Source of the DNA: Lama guanicoe
Lineage: Eukaryota
Assembly (NCBI GenBank): GCA_013239625.1
Contig: MU053561.1
Coordinates: 5,816,439-5,880,438, forward strand
DNA length: 64,000 nucleotides
Direction of reading: 5' to 3'
Both the position numbers and the translations under genes were made by a program. Within the stretch, counting starts at the first letter, position 1. The number at the start of each line of letters is the position of its first letter. The notes beneath the pieces are model-generated. The model saw only the letters and a program-made list of their open reading frames with translations, was not told where the DNA came from and did no database searches. Below, piece by piece: positions 1-9,906 of this stretch.

Positions 1-371
1 AGTGGGGGAAAGAGACTGGGTTCAACTCCAAACACTGCATGGGAAAGTGGGAATTTATAGCCAAGGAACTAGGTGATCAACTAAGGCGAGTGGATGGAAA
101 ACTACTAAGAGCAAACAACAAGAGTAAGGGGGGTTCTGGTTAAACAGACCTAACTAGATTCTTGCTGAAGACAAGCTATGGTGATCAGACATTAGATGGA
201 AGGTAAGAAACTGGATCAGATATAGAGTGATCAGACATGAAGGGTAAGGGTTTCTTGCTAAACTGATTTAGCAGGATTCTTGCTTAAACTGTACCTTACA
301 AAGTATACAGATGAGCCTGGAAGAAGGTGATTCAGGAGACTGATTAAAACTTGATCAAAGAATCTTTGTCA
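1..371 (-). repeat. 3' LTR (MER31-like), truncated by the window edge
   Basis: Starts TGACAAAGATTC directly after the polypurine tract AAGAAAGGGG-AC (383..372). Confidence 0.85.
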
Positions 372-3300
372 GTCCCCTTTCTTGTTCAAGGAAAGAAGAG
401 ACATTCTTCTTTCCTCTGAACAATGTAAGTCTATTTTCTTATTCAGTAGCCTTTTGCTCATTAAGGACCAGGTGAACCTTCTGTTGGGACTTGGTATTAG
501 AGGATATTTGCTCAATGGTGCCAGCAGTCAGGCATTTAATGAATGGAGTTTCTATGAAAATAAAAATCAAAAGTAACAGAGATCCAGTTTCTCAGTTCAG
601 AGAACAGCTGGTTGGGATTCTCAGATTTGAGCTTGAAGCATCTTTAGATGGTAGAGTGAGGATGGCAATGGCCATCTGAAGTTTATATCAAGTCATCCAG
701 CTTCAGCTCATAGGATTTCAGGAAAAGGATAGTTTTAGTTCTCAGTGATGGGAGAAAAACTGGAAACAGTTTGGAGAGTTATAGCCAGATACTGGAGGAA
801 ACTAGTGAGAATTTGGTAAGGACTGGCAAAATGTACAAGATGGAATCCACAAGGGTGCACTATAGTTTTGCATTGAAACAAACAAAAATTTCTCTCCAAT
901 CAACTTTTTAATTCTTGTTTACAAAATAATTCTCGTTTCATTAGATTTGGCCTAATTATTTATGTAAGTGCAGGAAGAATAGTGACTGACAATATAGGCT
1001 CTTTTTGAATTGGTTTTGCTGGAACTTTTCATAACGAATCTCAGATTACGCTTTTTAAAAACCTCTCAAGGCCAGAAAGTCAGTCTAGGAACTAGCCACC
1101 AGACTCATCTCCCATTCCTACAGGTTCAGGTGAACTCTCTTCTTGAGGTCCCCAAGATATCCTAAGGTTCCTGAGCATGCTGGGAAGGGACTTTCCTTGC
1201 TCACCTATAAAGCTGAGAACCCAGTAAACCAGATGTGAGGCCAGTTTTTCTAAGAGCACTGGCTCCATGAAGTCAGCCTTCATCTCTTAAACCATGCATG
1301 GTTCATTCTCAAATATAACATTTCAGTCAAAGCTGTGGTAAGATAACTAATGTTTTCAACTTATCCTGTTACAAGAGCAGATTCTTACTGAATTTACTCA
1401 AATTACTATACTGTCATGAAAATAAGAAAACTGGCTAAAAGTTTCTGAATTCTGGAGGGATCAGGTAGGGAGAAAAAGTAGTTGTTTCATCTTTGTTCAT
1501 AAAGGTATAAACTATCAGACTGTTGTAAGCTAGATAACTTAAGATAAAAGAAAAAGGTTCTTTAAATCTGATGAACAAAACATTAAAGAACTAGCAATAT
1601 TTCAAACAAAGAGCCATAAAAAAATTATAACCATCCTCATCAGTTCATTCAGTCCGATATTAACAATTCTTGTTCTGCTTGATCTTAGATTAAGTCTTAT
1701 GAATCCATCAGCTTCTTCATTACTTCCGGAAATTCTTATTCAGTCCAGTGGCATGGTCTTACTGATGCCATCATGGAGCATTCTTGCCTGTGGCTGACTG
1801 TACATGCTTTCAGAGAAGAATGAGAGTAAAACAACGACTTGTCTATGAATGAAGGAGGACTTAAAATGGCCATGGTTAAAGTTCCGATGAGAGTTCATTT
1901 GATGAGGAAAACTAGTTATTTCTCTGGCATACAATATTTTAACATAATAATCAGACAACAAGACTATTTCAAATCTCTATGAACTTCATACCTTTCTGGA
2001 ATACCTATATTAGTAACATAAATCCATACACATACAACCTAGGAAGGTCTGTTATCATTCTTTATTTGACAGAGCTTCTCATGTAATTTAAAATACCAAC
2101 TAAACCTAATTAGTCTAACATTTCCTTTTACAAGGTGACAGACAAATCCTTTGAAGTTTTCTAGGGGCCTTCCAGAAAATCTCAAAGTTAGTTTGAAATC
2201 AAAAAGACTCCATTCAGAATTTGATTTGGGCAAGTTGTCAAAAAAGTCAAAAGGTTTAAACATTTGACTAAATAAGATCACAGGTCACTGTGAAACAATA
2301 CTTAGTTATCTATTTAAACAAAGTGATAATTAAAAGATTTCAAAGACAAATACAGAAAGTCACATAGCTATTAAAAAAAACAAAAAACTTAGTTCTTCTA
2401 TTATTGAGAAGACTCAATTTTTAAAAGTAATCAAAGACCTGATAAAGACAACATGAAGCACAGGAAATTATTTTGATAAGATACAAGATCTTTGTTTCTG
2501 AGGCAAATTACTTAAAAGGTAAAGGAAAACCTTTTTCCAATTTCTTAGTAAGAGCAAACCAATAATCCAGTAAACCTTTGGGATTCTGGTTTTACATGAG
2601 TATACTTATGACATTAAAGTTCACTTTTTTTAAACCTACAAATAAATCCCTTCAATCTTAGCAACTTGACCACACACAAAATTCCTGTTCTGCAAACCTT
2701 CTACAACCATTTTTTCTTATTTCCATTCAGTTTTTGTCCTATATTTTTCCTCTTTCTCATTCTGGAACAATCAGTCTACCTTAAAATAAAATTACTTCTT
2801 TCTCCCTCAACAAAACACATCCTTAATACCATGCATACTTTGCAAAGTTTTTTCTCTTCATTCTCACAGTTTCTAGTAGTTTCATTTATATATATTGATT
2901 ATAATTTTTAAACATTAGTAACCTTTTTGTTTTTAACAGAGAAAACTAGGAAGTAGGCGATTGTGGGCTGTCATATATTAGTTTTCTGTAGTAAGTAGAA
3001 AATTTATGAATATACAATTTCATAATTTCTAGAGGCATATAATTTCTCAGTATAACTATTCAGTATAGCAAAAAAATGTTTATAACAGATCCAAATATCT
3101 TTAGCTTCTTTATACCATGTAAAAACAAGATGCCAAAAATATATAAACTTAGGTTCAGTAATGAATGTTTCAGTAGTTCATCTTACTTACAAATGATCTT
3201 GATTTTTATTTTAGGCAGACACAACAAGAAACAAAGCTAGCCATCATCTCAAGTTATTTCCCTATTAACTATTTTTGTAACACACGTTAGGCAAACATCA

Positions 3301-4816
3301 CAAAAGCAAAAACCTAAAAAGGTTACATACATGGTCTTTCCCCCTCTTTTCCTCTATTTTACTGCCATGCCTGACATACATCAAGCAATTCATTTTTATT
3401 AGACATTTTACCCTTAGTTTTGGTTTAATGTCTTAATTAAATTATATTTAATGCTAACAACTCTGAAGACATGCCTGCTTTTATTTTACCAACAATTTTC
3501 AAATTAGCTTTATTACAAAAAATTATCCTAGATCATGTGAACGTAAAACATTGTGTTAGTTTCTCTATTTCTGAGAGTTTCAGGAATACTTAATTTATGT
3601 AATTGCTCTTTATCTCTAAGTCAATTTAAACAGAACTCTTTTAAAGGATGTAGTAAATTAATTTGGTGGTAACACCCAAAAGTAGAAAAATGTCATACAT
3701 CCATAACATATATACAGATGTACATAAACATACAGAGAGACACAAATAGAGAGCTTACAGTTTTCATTCAAACAATTTAGCCAGGAGTTAGTAAAACAAA
3801 GGAATACAAATTCACTGGTTTATGTAAAATAATTAGCTCTTGTCTTTTCTCTACTTTATATTTTTATGTAAATTATGTTTATGGCAAACGGGACAAGTTA
3901 AGATTACCTGTTTACCAATTTTGTAGAGACAACCTTCCCTTGCTCTGATATGTAATCTCATGGAGGATATGGACCAAACTTCAGGCATTGACTAAGGAGA
4001 CATCTATAGGCTGTCTGACTCTCCAAAGCCCACCCAACTGGCCAAAACATCCAGCCTATTTCCAATTAGCCTTTTTCCCTTTCAGTCTCAAGTAGTTGTT
4101 TCTGGGCATCCCTAAGTCCTTTAACAGTCCCCAGTAGAGGCCAAGGAGCCCAAAGTTCAAGTGACTATAAAGACTAGGATGGAAAAAGGACTGGCAGGGG
4201 TGGACATAGGGAGGAAGGCATTTCGAAGGAGATATTATCATAGAATTCAGGGGAACTGGTGGTAAGTGGGGAAAGGAAGAGCAGAAGCAGTGGGGAGAGG
4301 TCTCAGAGGAGTCAGTTTGGAGAGATCTCAAGTTTCCCAAAGAAGCCAATGAAGTTCTACATTATTCTCAACAAAAGCACACCAACAACAATGAAGACAG
4401 ACAGAGATGGTGGAGAATACAGTCAGCAGGGGTTCCAGAAGAGGGTTTGAGTCATCTGATAAGTTCCCATGGGAGAAGCTGGACCCAAGAAAGAGAACAC
4501 AAAGGCCTCACAGAACGCCAGGAAGAAAGACTTCCCAGATAAGGAGTCCGGGAATAGTCCAAAAAAAAGAGCCAAGAAGAGCCTTCCAGCCCAAAGAGTC
4601 AGGGAATAATCTCTACTCAGGAAAAAAAAGCCATGAAGGAGAGATTTCCAGCCCAGTAAGTACCTTTCAAACCAAGAAGCCTAGGGTTAACTCAGCTTCT
4701 AACAAACAGCTACTTGCCTGGGACTCTAACTGAGCTTTCCTGAAAACAGAGGAACCTGGGATGTTAACCCACCCTGTGTTTTTTATCTGGGACTCTAATC
4801 CTTCTTCTGGAGTATT

Positions 4817-5042
4817 CAGTTGATCTTTGACACAGGGGTGGGGGCACCAACCCTCTGCATAGTTAAAAATTCACATAAAACTTGTAACTGGCCTTCTGTA
4901 TATGTGGTTCCTCTATATTCAAGGTCCTGCATCCACCGATTCAACCAACTATGGATCATGTAGTATGTAGTATTCATTACTAAAAAAAGCTGCCTATAAG
5001 TGGGCCTGCACAGTTCAAACCCATGCTGTTCAAGGTCAACCA
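4817..5042 (-). mobile_element. Tigger2-family MITE (TcMar-Tigger, MER8-like) inserted in the ERV leader
   Basis: Degenerate terminal inverted repeats cagttgatctttga... and ...tcaaggtcaac, TA on the right flank, typical gggtttgaactg...ccacttata segment. Confidence 0.75.
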
Positions 5043-5235
5043 TACTTAAGACTCTTAAGAATCAAAATCTGTCCTTACCAGCTTCCACGGACGTTTGTCC
5101 GGAGCAATGGTTCAGGAGTCGGACTCACCAATGGATCCCCGATCAATCAGTCAGGAGTGAAGATAAAGGCTTCAAAGGTACACACTTAGGGTCCTGGGTG
5201 AGAGGTCCGGGGGTCCAATGATGAATCTGATCCTA

Positions 5236-5253
5236 TCCCGAGCTGTGGCACCA
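5236..5253 (-). other. Retroviral primer-binding site, tRNA-Phe-like (His also possible)
   Basis: TGGTGCCACAGCTCGGGA begins 4 nt after the LTR end; 14/18 match to the Phe PBS TGGTGCCGAAACCCGGGA and 12/18 to the His PBS. Confidence 0.7.
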
Positions 5254-5257
5254 TAAC

Positions 5258-5733
5258 TGTTAAAAGGAAAAAAGTACTCAATGACACTTGTTAAAGCATG
5301 GTAAGGAAGACTTTGGGGGTGGGGGACCTCCTCAATAGGTATAGGAACCACTGCAATGAAATTCTGAAGTGGGGAAAAGAGACTGGGTTCAACTCCAAAT
5401 ACTGCATGAATAAAAGAAAGTTTATAGCTAAGGAGCAGTGTGGGGCCAGTGAACAGAAAATTACTAAGAGGAAACCTCAGAGGTATGGGGAGGGGGGTTG
5501 ACTCAACAGACCCAACAGGATTCTCGCCGAAGACAGGCCCAGGCAGTCAAGTATCACGGGGGGGGGAAGGTGTAGGAGGAGAAATCTGATCAGATATTGA
5601 GGATGGGGGATTTCTACTGAACTAACTTAGCAGGGTTATGGTTAAAACTGCATTTTACTAGGATATGCACAGATTGTCCAGGAGAAGGTTCAGGAACCTG
5701 ACTAAAGACTGGTCAAGCAAAAAACGTCTGTCA
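5258..5733 (-). repeat. 5' LTR (MER31-like), about 476 bp
   Basis: TG...CA termini on the minus strand, TATAAA at 5426..5421, homology to 1-371. Confidence 0.85.
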
Positions 5734-6677
5734 CTGGTTTCTCCATTTACTCACATACATAATATACTTCTGACACCAGATATGTGCTTTTTCCCCCCAC
5801 ACCAACCAATTCTCCAACACCAGCTGGATGTCTTCCAGTTCAATTCAATTCTGGCACTAACTGGAGTTAGTGCAGACCTCTCTGGTTAAGGGCTCGGTCA
5901 CAGAAGACTGCCTCCCACTTCAGACACCAGTCACAAGTAGTAGGTCCCCTTGTTACCCACAACTTCTGTCTGACTTGGCTACAAACTGGAAGTTCACACA
6001 ACCCCCTCCTTGGATTCAATCACCTGCTAGAACAGCTCACAGAACTCAGGAAACACTTACTTACGTTTACCGGTTTAATATATAACAAAAGATATGATAA
6101 AGGACACAGATGAACAGACAGATGAAGAGACACACAGGACGAGATTCAGAAGGGTCCAGCACAGAAGCTTTTGTCCCCGTGGAGTTGGGATGCACCACCT
6201 TCCCAGCATACCTCCCAGTAGCTGTGTTCACCAACCCAGCTCTCCAAACACCACACTTTGGGAATTTTGGGGGGGAAGCTTCATCACATAGGCATGATCA
6301 ATTATTACCTCAATCTCTAGCTCCTGTTCTATTTCAGGAGTGTGGGGGTGGGGTGGGCCCAAAAGTTCCAAACTTCTAAACATGACTTGTTCTTTCTAGT
6401 GATGCTCCATCCTAAAGCTATCTAGGAGCTCACCAAGAGTCACCTCATTAGGTCAAAAGACACTCCTATCACCTAGGAAATTATAAGAGATACAGAAGCT
6501 CTGTAGCAGGAATCAGAGTCAAAGACCAAATGTAAAACAAAAGATACTAATAGTTCTCTTATCACTGTGGAAATTACATGGGTTTCAGGGGCTCTGTGCC
6601 AGTAACTGGTAGCAGATACATATTTTAAAAACCAAGATTAATAAATGTTGTCTACCACCTTTTTTATAATTGCCACA
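5734..6677 (-). mobile_element. MER21-family LTR
   Basis: Minus strand reads TGTGGCAATT...CTGGCACAGAGCCCCTGAAACCC...GGTGTCAGAAGT, matching recalled MER21 motifs. It ends abruptly at the MER31 LTR. Confidence 0.7.
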
Positions 6678-7247
6678 AGTTTGAGCATTTGAGTTTGAAT
6701 CACTAATATGTTCAAAGCATTCCATGTATTTTAAAAATTCAAAATTACATCAAGAAACCCATGTGTACCTGGTGGTTTTATAGGTAAAGGCAACCAATGA
6801 AAAAAAAATGTTACACTTCTCAATTTAAAACAGCACAATCCCATCTTTTAATATTCTACGAGTTCTTCTGATAATATAAGACTTCCATCCGATTATATTT
6901 CTACAACAGAATTGCTCTCCAAGACATTTCACTTCAGCTGAAAATGTCAATTTCATTATAGGACATTTAAAATTTTTGAATGTCATTTGCCTTTAGGCAA
7001 TCTGTCTTGATTAAACAGAAAGCAAACATAGACACAAAATAAATGTATCTTACATAAAACTACTTCTAATTATTATTTATCCAACAATGAAGGATCTTTT
7101 AAAAAGTAGGCCACATTTATTTCAATTACAGGTAAATGAAGTTGTGTTGTTTTTAAACTTGTACCAGATTTATTCTGTCATAATCAGGCAGCTGTTCCAA
7201 GAATTTCTTAGAAAAATGTACTTGCTGCATTACAAAGATGCTGTGTC

Positions 7248-7389
7248 GGGAGAGTATAGCTTGAGTGGTAGAATACATGCCTAGCATTCATGAGGTCGTG
7301 GGTTCAATCCCTAGTACCTCCATGAAAAAAACAAATAAATAAGTAAACCTAATTAACTGCCCCACAGCAAAAATAAAAATGGGGACGAT
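7248..7389 (+). mobile_element. Camelid tRNA-Ala-derived SINE (Vic-1-like), long form
   Basis: A box and B box (ggttcaatcc), aaacctaatta segment, TSD gatgctgtgtc (7237-7247 / 7390-7400). Confidence 0.85.
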
Positions 7390-7511
7390 GATGCTGTGTC
7401 TGTAATTCAGACTATGCTGCACATTGATATGAATTTTCAAATTTTATTTGCTTCAACAGAACCAGAATTACTACAGATGTCACTATCATAAAATAACAGA
7501 AAACACCTTAT

Positions 7512-7664
7512 GGGGGAGGGTACAGCTCAAATGGTATAGCAAAAGCTTAGCATGCATCAGGTTCTGGGTTCAACCCTCAGTACCTTCTCTAAGAATAAAT
7601 AAACAAACCTAATTACCTCCCCTTCACACCAAAAAAACCCCAACAAATAAACAAACAAAAAAAA
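7512..7664 (+). mobile_element. Vic-1-like SINE, long form
   Basis: ggggagggtacagctc...gcttagcatgc...ggttcaacc...aaacctaattacctcccc followed by an A-rich tail. Confidence 0.85.
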
Positions 7665-8833
7665 CCCCACGTTATTATACTGCAGATCTACACTACTACC
7701 ACAGTTGGTTATTTAAGTTACCTTACTACCTTAGTTTTTCTCAAGGAATTTAAGAAGGAGCTTTCTTTCCTAACATAACCTATTTGCAAACGTATAAATG
7801 CTTTAACCTCTGCAGAGAGAGACATTCTATCTGTATTCCATTTCCAATGAAAATCCAAGTTGCCTCTCATATTTTAATCACTCCTCAAGCTATTCTTTTT
7901 TTTTGTGACAACGTTTTTAGCGACGGCTCTATTAAAAGTCTGTCCATTAATAAATGCACCGCTTAGTTAGCGGCAAAGAAATAACTGTATGTTTGTTAGT
8001 GGTTAAGAAGCCCCATAATTGGGCATTTAATACCTACTATTGCTCCTAATGCCACCAGGCTGACTCAGACTAATGAGCTCTCCAGGTGCCACTAACATAA
8101 GCCTGTCAAGATAAGCCTGCAACTGTAGAGTCTCCAGAAGAATTCGTCCAACCATAATACTTGCTTCTCATACATAAACAACGGGCTGATTTTTCAGGTT
8201 CTTTGCCACAAAGAAATGCACTGAAAACAAAGCATCACTTAATTTTGGAAAAAATTCGCCTTCCCTTTACAGTGAACCCTAAATTAGATCAAGCAACAGT
8301 GTTTGTAAAGCTATTTATTCAAGGTACTACTGGATCTCCTAACACATTGTTTTAATCCTGTTAGTATCAAAAGTACAACACAAAATTAGCCAAAACTCGA
8401 ACTAGGGTCAAAAGAGTTCATAAGTCTTTACAATCGTGGTTATAAAATCACGTGCCTGGGAACCATTCAAGCTGATACAGTGGATGATGCAGCCCAGAAG
8501 GCGAGGAGCCTCAACCATCTAGAGCCAATGCCGGTGCCCAGGACCGGTAAGCCCTTAACAATATCCGCGCCTTAACTCCTGCCAGCCTTGGAATCACAGA
8601 CTACCTGGCCTCAAGAATCTTAACCCTGGTCTTCATACAAGTGTCCAGACCCTTAACACCAGGTCTTCAGGCTCCCACCACTCCCTTAAAAGTTCGCAAC
8701 ATCGCAGTGGCATTTCCCTTCGGAACTTAGGCTACCGACCACGCCCTCCGACCAGGCCGGACCCCTTCCAGGCCCCCTTGGAGGGGGAACTTCCCCCTTT
8801 CCTTTGGTCCCCGCTCCCTGCAGCTCTACTCAC

Positions 8834-9072
8834 AGGCTGGTCGCGTCGGGGGGCAGCGAGCTCAACAGCGCCCTCCAGCCGGGCGCTGGTAGTTTCCTGC
8901 GACTGCAATCTAGCAGAGGGATGCGGCAGGAGCAGGGTGCGGGGCAGAGACCTGCCCGGACAGCCGGCAGCAGAAGGAGGATAGCCTGGGCGAGGAAGAG
9001 GAGCCGGGAGAGCGATCCAGACCCACACTCCAGCAGTGGCTCCTCCCGGACGCCTTGGGGTGCCGGCGCCAT
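8834..9072 (-). CDS. LRIG2: LRIG2 (leucine-rich repeats and immunoglobulin-like domains 2), coding part of exon 1: signal peptide plus LRR N-terminal cap. The rest of the gene lies left of the window.
   Basis: Translation MAPAPQGVREEPLLECGSGSLSRLLFLAQAILLLLPAVRAGLCPAPCSCRIPLLDCSRRKLPAPGWRALLSSLPPDATSL closely matches the human LRIG2 N-terminus as recalled (MAPAPLGVPEEQLLGC...GLCPAPCSCRIPLLDCSRRKLPAPSWRAL). Strong Kozak (AAAATGG), in-frame TAG 30 nt upstream (9102..9100), canonical donor CT|GTGAGT at 8833..8828, 239 coding nt (phase 2). Confidence 0.96.
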
Positions 9073-9617
9073 TTTTCCTCTCCCCCGCCCCCGACCTGGC
9101 TAAGCCGAGAAGAGCTGCCAGCTGGAAAAGGCAGCTCGGCGGAGACGTCGGGCGGCTGCGCGACCACCCGGAGCACCAGCTGTCGCCTGTACCCTCTAAA
9201 GGCAGGCTAGGGGCGGACACGGCGCGGCAGCGGGGGCGGCGGCCGAAGACACAGGGCTGAAGCCCTCCGGACAGCGCTCCTCCTCCCCGCGCTCCTCCGC
9301 CCCGCCCCACGACGCAGCGTCTTCACGCACAGGAGCCAACCAATCGGTGCCACAAGACGAGGTCGCGTAGGAGGCGGGCCTACATGAGGGGCGGGGCCGG
9401 AGACAGAGAGCTCCTTAAGGAGGACTTGAAGGCGTCCAAGGCTTTGTGGCGCCGCCTGGGTTCTGCCGCCTTTTCTCCGCTGGAGGGCGCAATAGCTCCT
9501 CAGGAAGAAGTGGAGGCCGGAGCGCTGGAAGTCCTCAGTCCTGATTTGGGATATATATATTACAGCAGGAGGAAAGGATCTTTTAACTTCTCTGAGCCGC
9601 AAGAAAGGGGAATGGCA

Positions 9618-9673
9618 GAAGGGGTGCCTTCCAAGTCGCAAACAGGAAGGGGTGTCTTCCAAGTCGCAAACAC
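9618..9673 (+). repeat. 28-bp tandem duplication
   Basis: gaaggggtgccttccaagtcgcaaacag / gaaggggtgtcttccaagtcgcaaacac, 26/28 identical. Confidence 0.95.
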
Positions 9674-9829
9674 GAAGAGGGCGTGGGAACTTCCACTGGG
9701 CCTCCAGTGCCAAGCTGGGCCTCCTCTGCGCTCTCCTGCTGGTCTTCGACTCCTGCAGTCCTGCAAGTGGGGGGCAACTCCCGCTCTCCTAACGGGAAGC
9801 ACGTTACCGGTATCAGTTGATGGACTCAT

Positions 9830-9906
9830 AAGCTCCTGAAGGCAGAGTCCCTGTTTATTCATCTGTATACCTCCAGCTTCTATTCTAGCTTGGAGTTCAA
9901 TAAATG
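9830..9906 (+). mobile_element. L2 3'-end remnant that carries an AATAAA
   Basis: ctcctgaaggcagagt...ttattcatctgtat...ttcaataaatg resembles the L2 3' terminus. Confidence 0.55.

Larger units (their letters stand above)
1..5733 (-). mobile_element. MER31-like non-autonomous ERV1 (MER4-group) provirus in LRIG2 intron 1; 3' LTR runs off the window
   Basis: Two related LTRs (both contain gagactgggttcaactccaaa). On the minus strand the 5' LTR is TGACAG...TTAACA (5733..5258) followed by a PBS; a PPT precedes the 3' LTR TGACAAAG (371). The internal region is AT-rich with no intact gag/pol/env ORF. Confidence 0.85.
8730..9800. promoter_or_regulatory. CpG-island promoter of LRIG2, probably bidirectional
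   Basis: Sharp rise in GC and CpG content. GC boxes (ccgccccgcccc ~9297-9308; ggggcggggc ~9388-9397), CCAAT ~9340-9344, YY1-type CGCCATTTT over the start codon (9067-9075), TATATATA at 9552-9559. Confidence 0.9.

Noticed and set aside
372..5235. gag/pol/env genes in the ERV interior
   Set aside because: Only short ORFs with no recognisable retroviral motifs; consistent with a non-autonomous MER4-group interior.
8830..8833. Apparent TGA stop making LRIG2 an 80-aa protein
   Set aside because: The TGA is part of the GTGAGT splice donor, so it is intronic.
8732..9310. 192-aa minus-strand ORF and other overlapping ORFs in the CpG island
   Set aside because: Non-ATG starts and low-complexity G/A/R/P content; these are shadows of stop-poor GC-rich DNA around the real LRIG2 exon.
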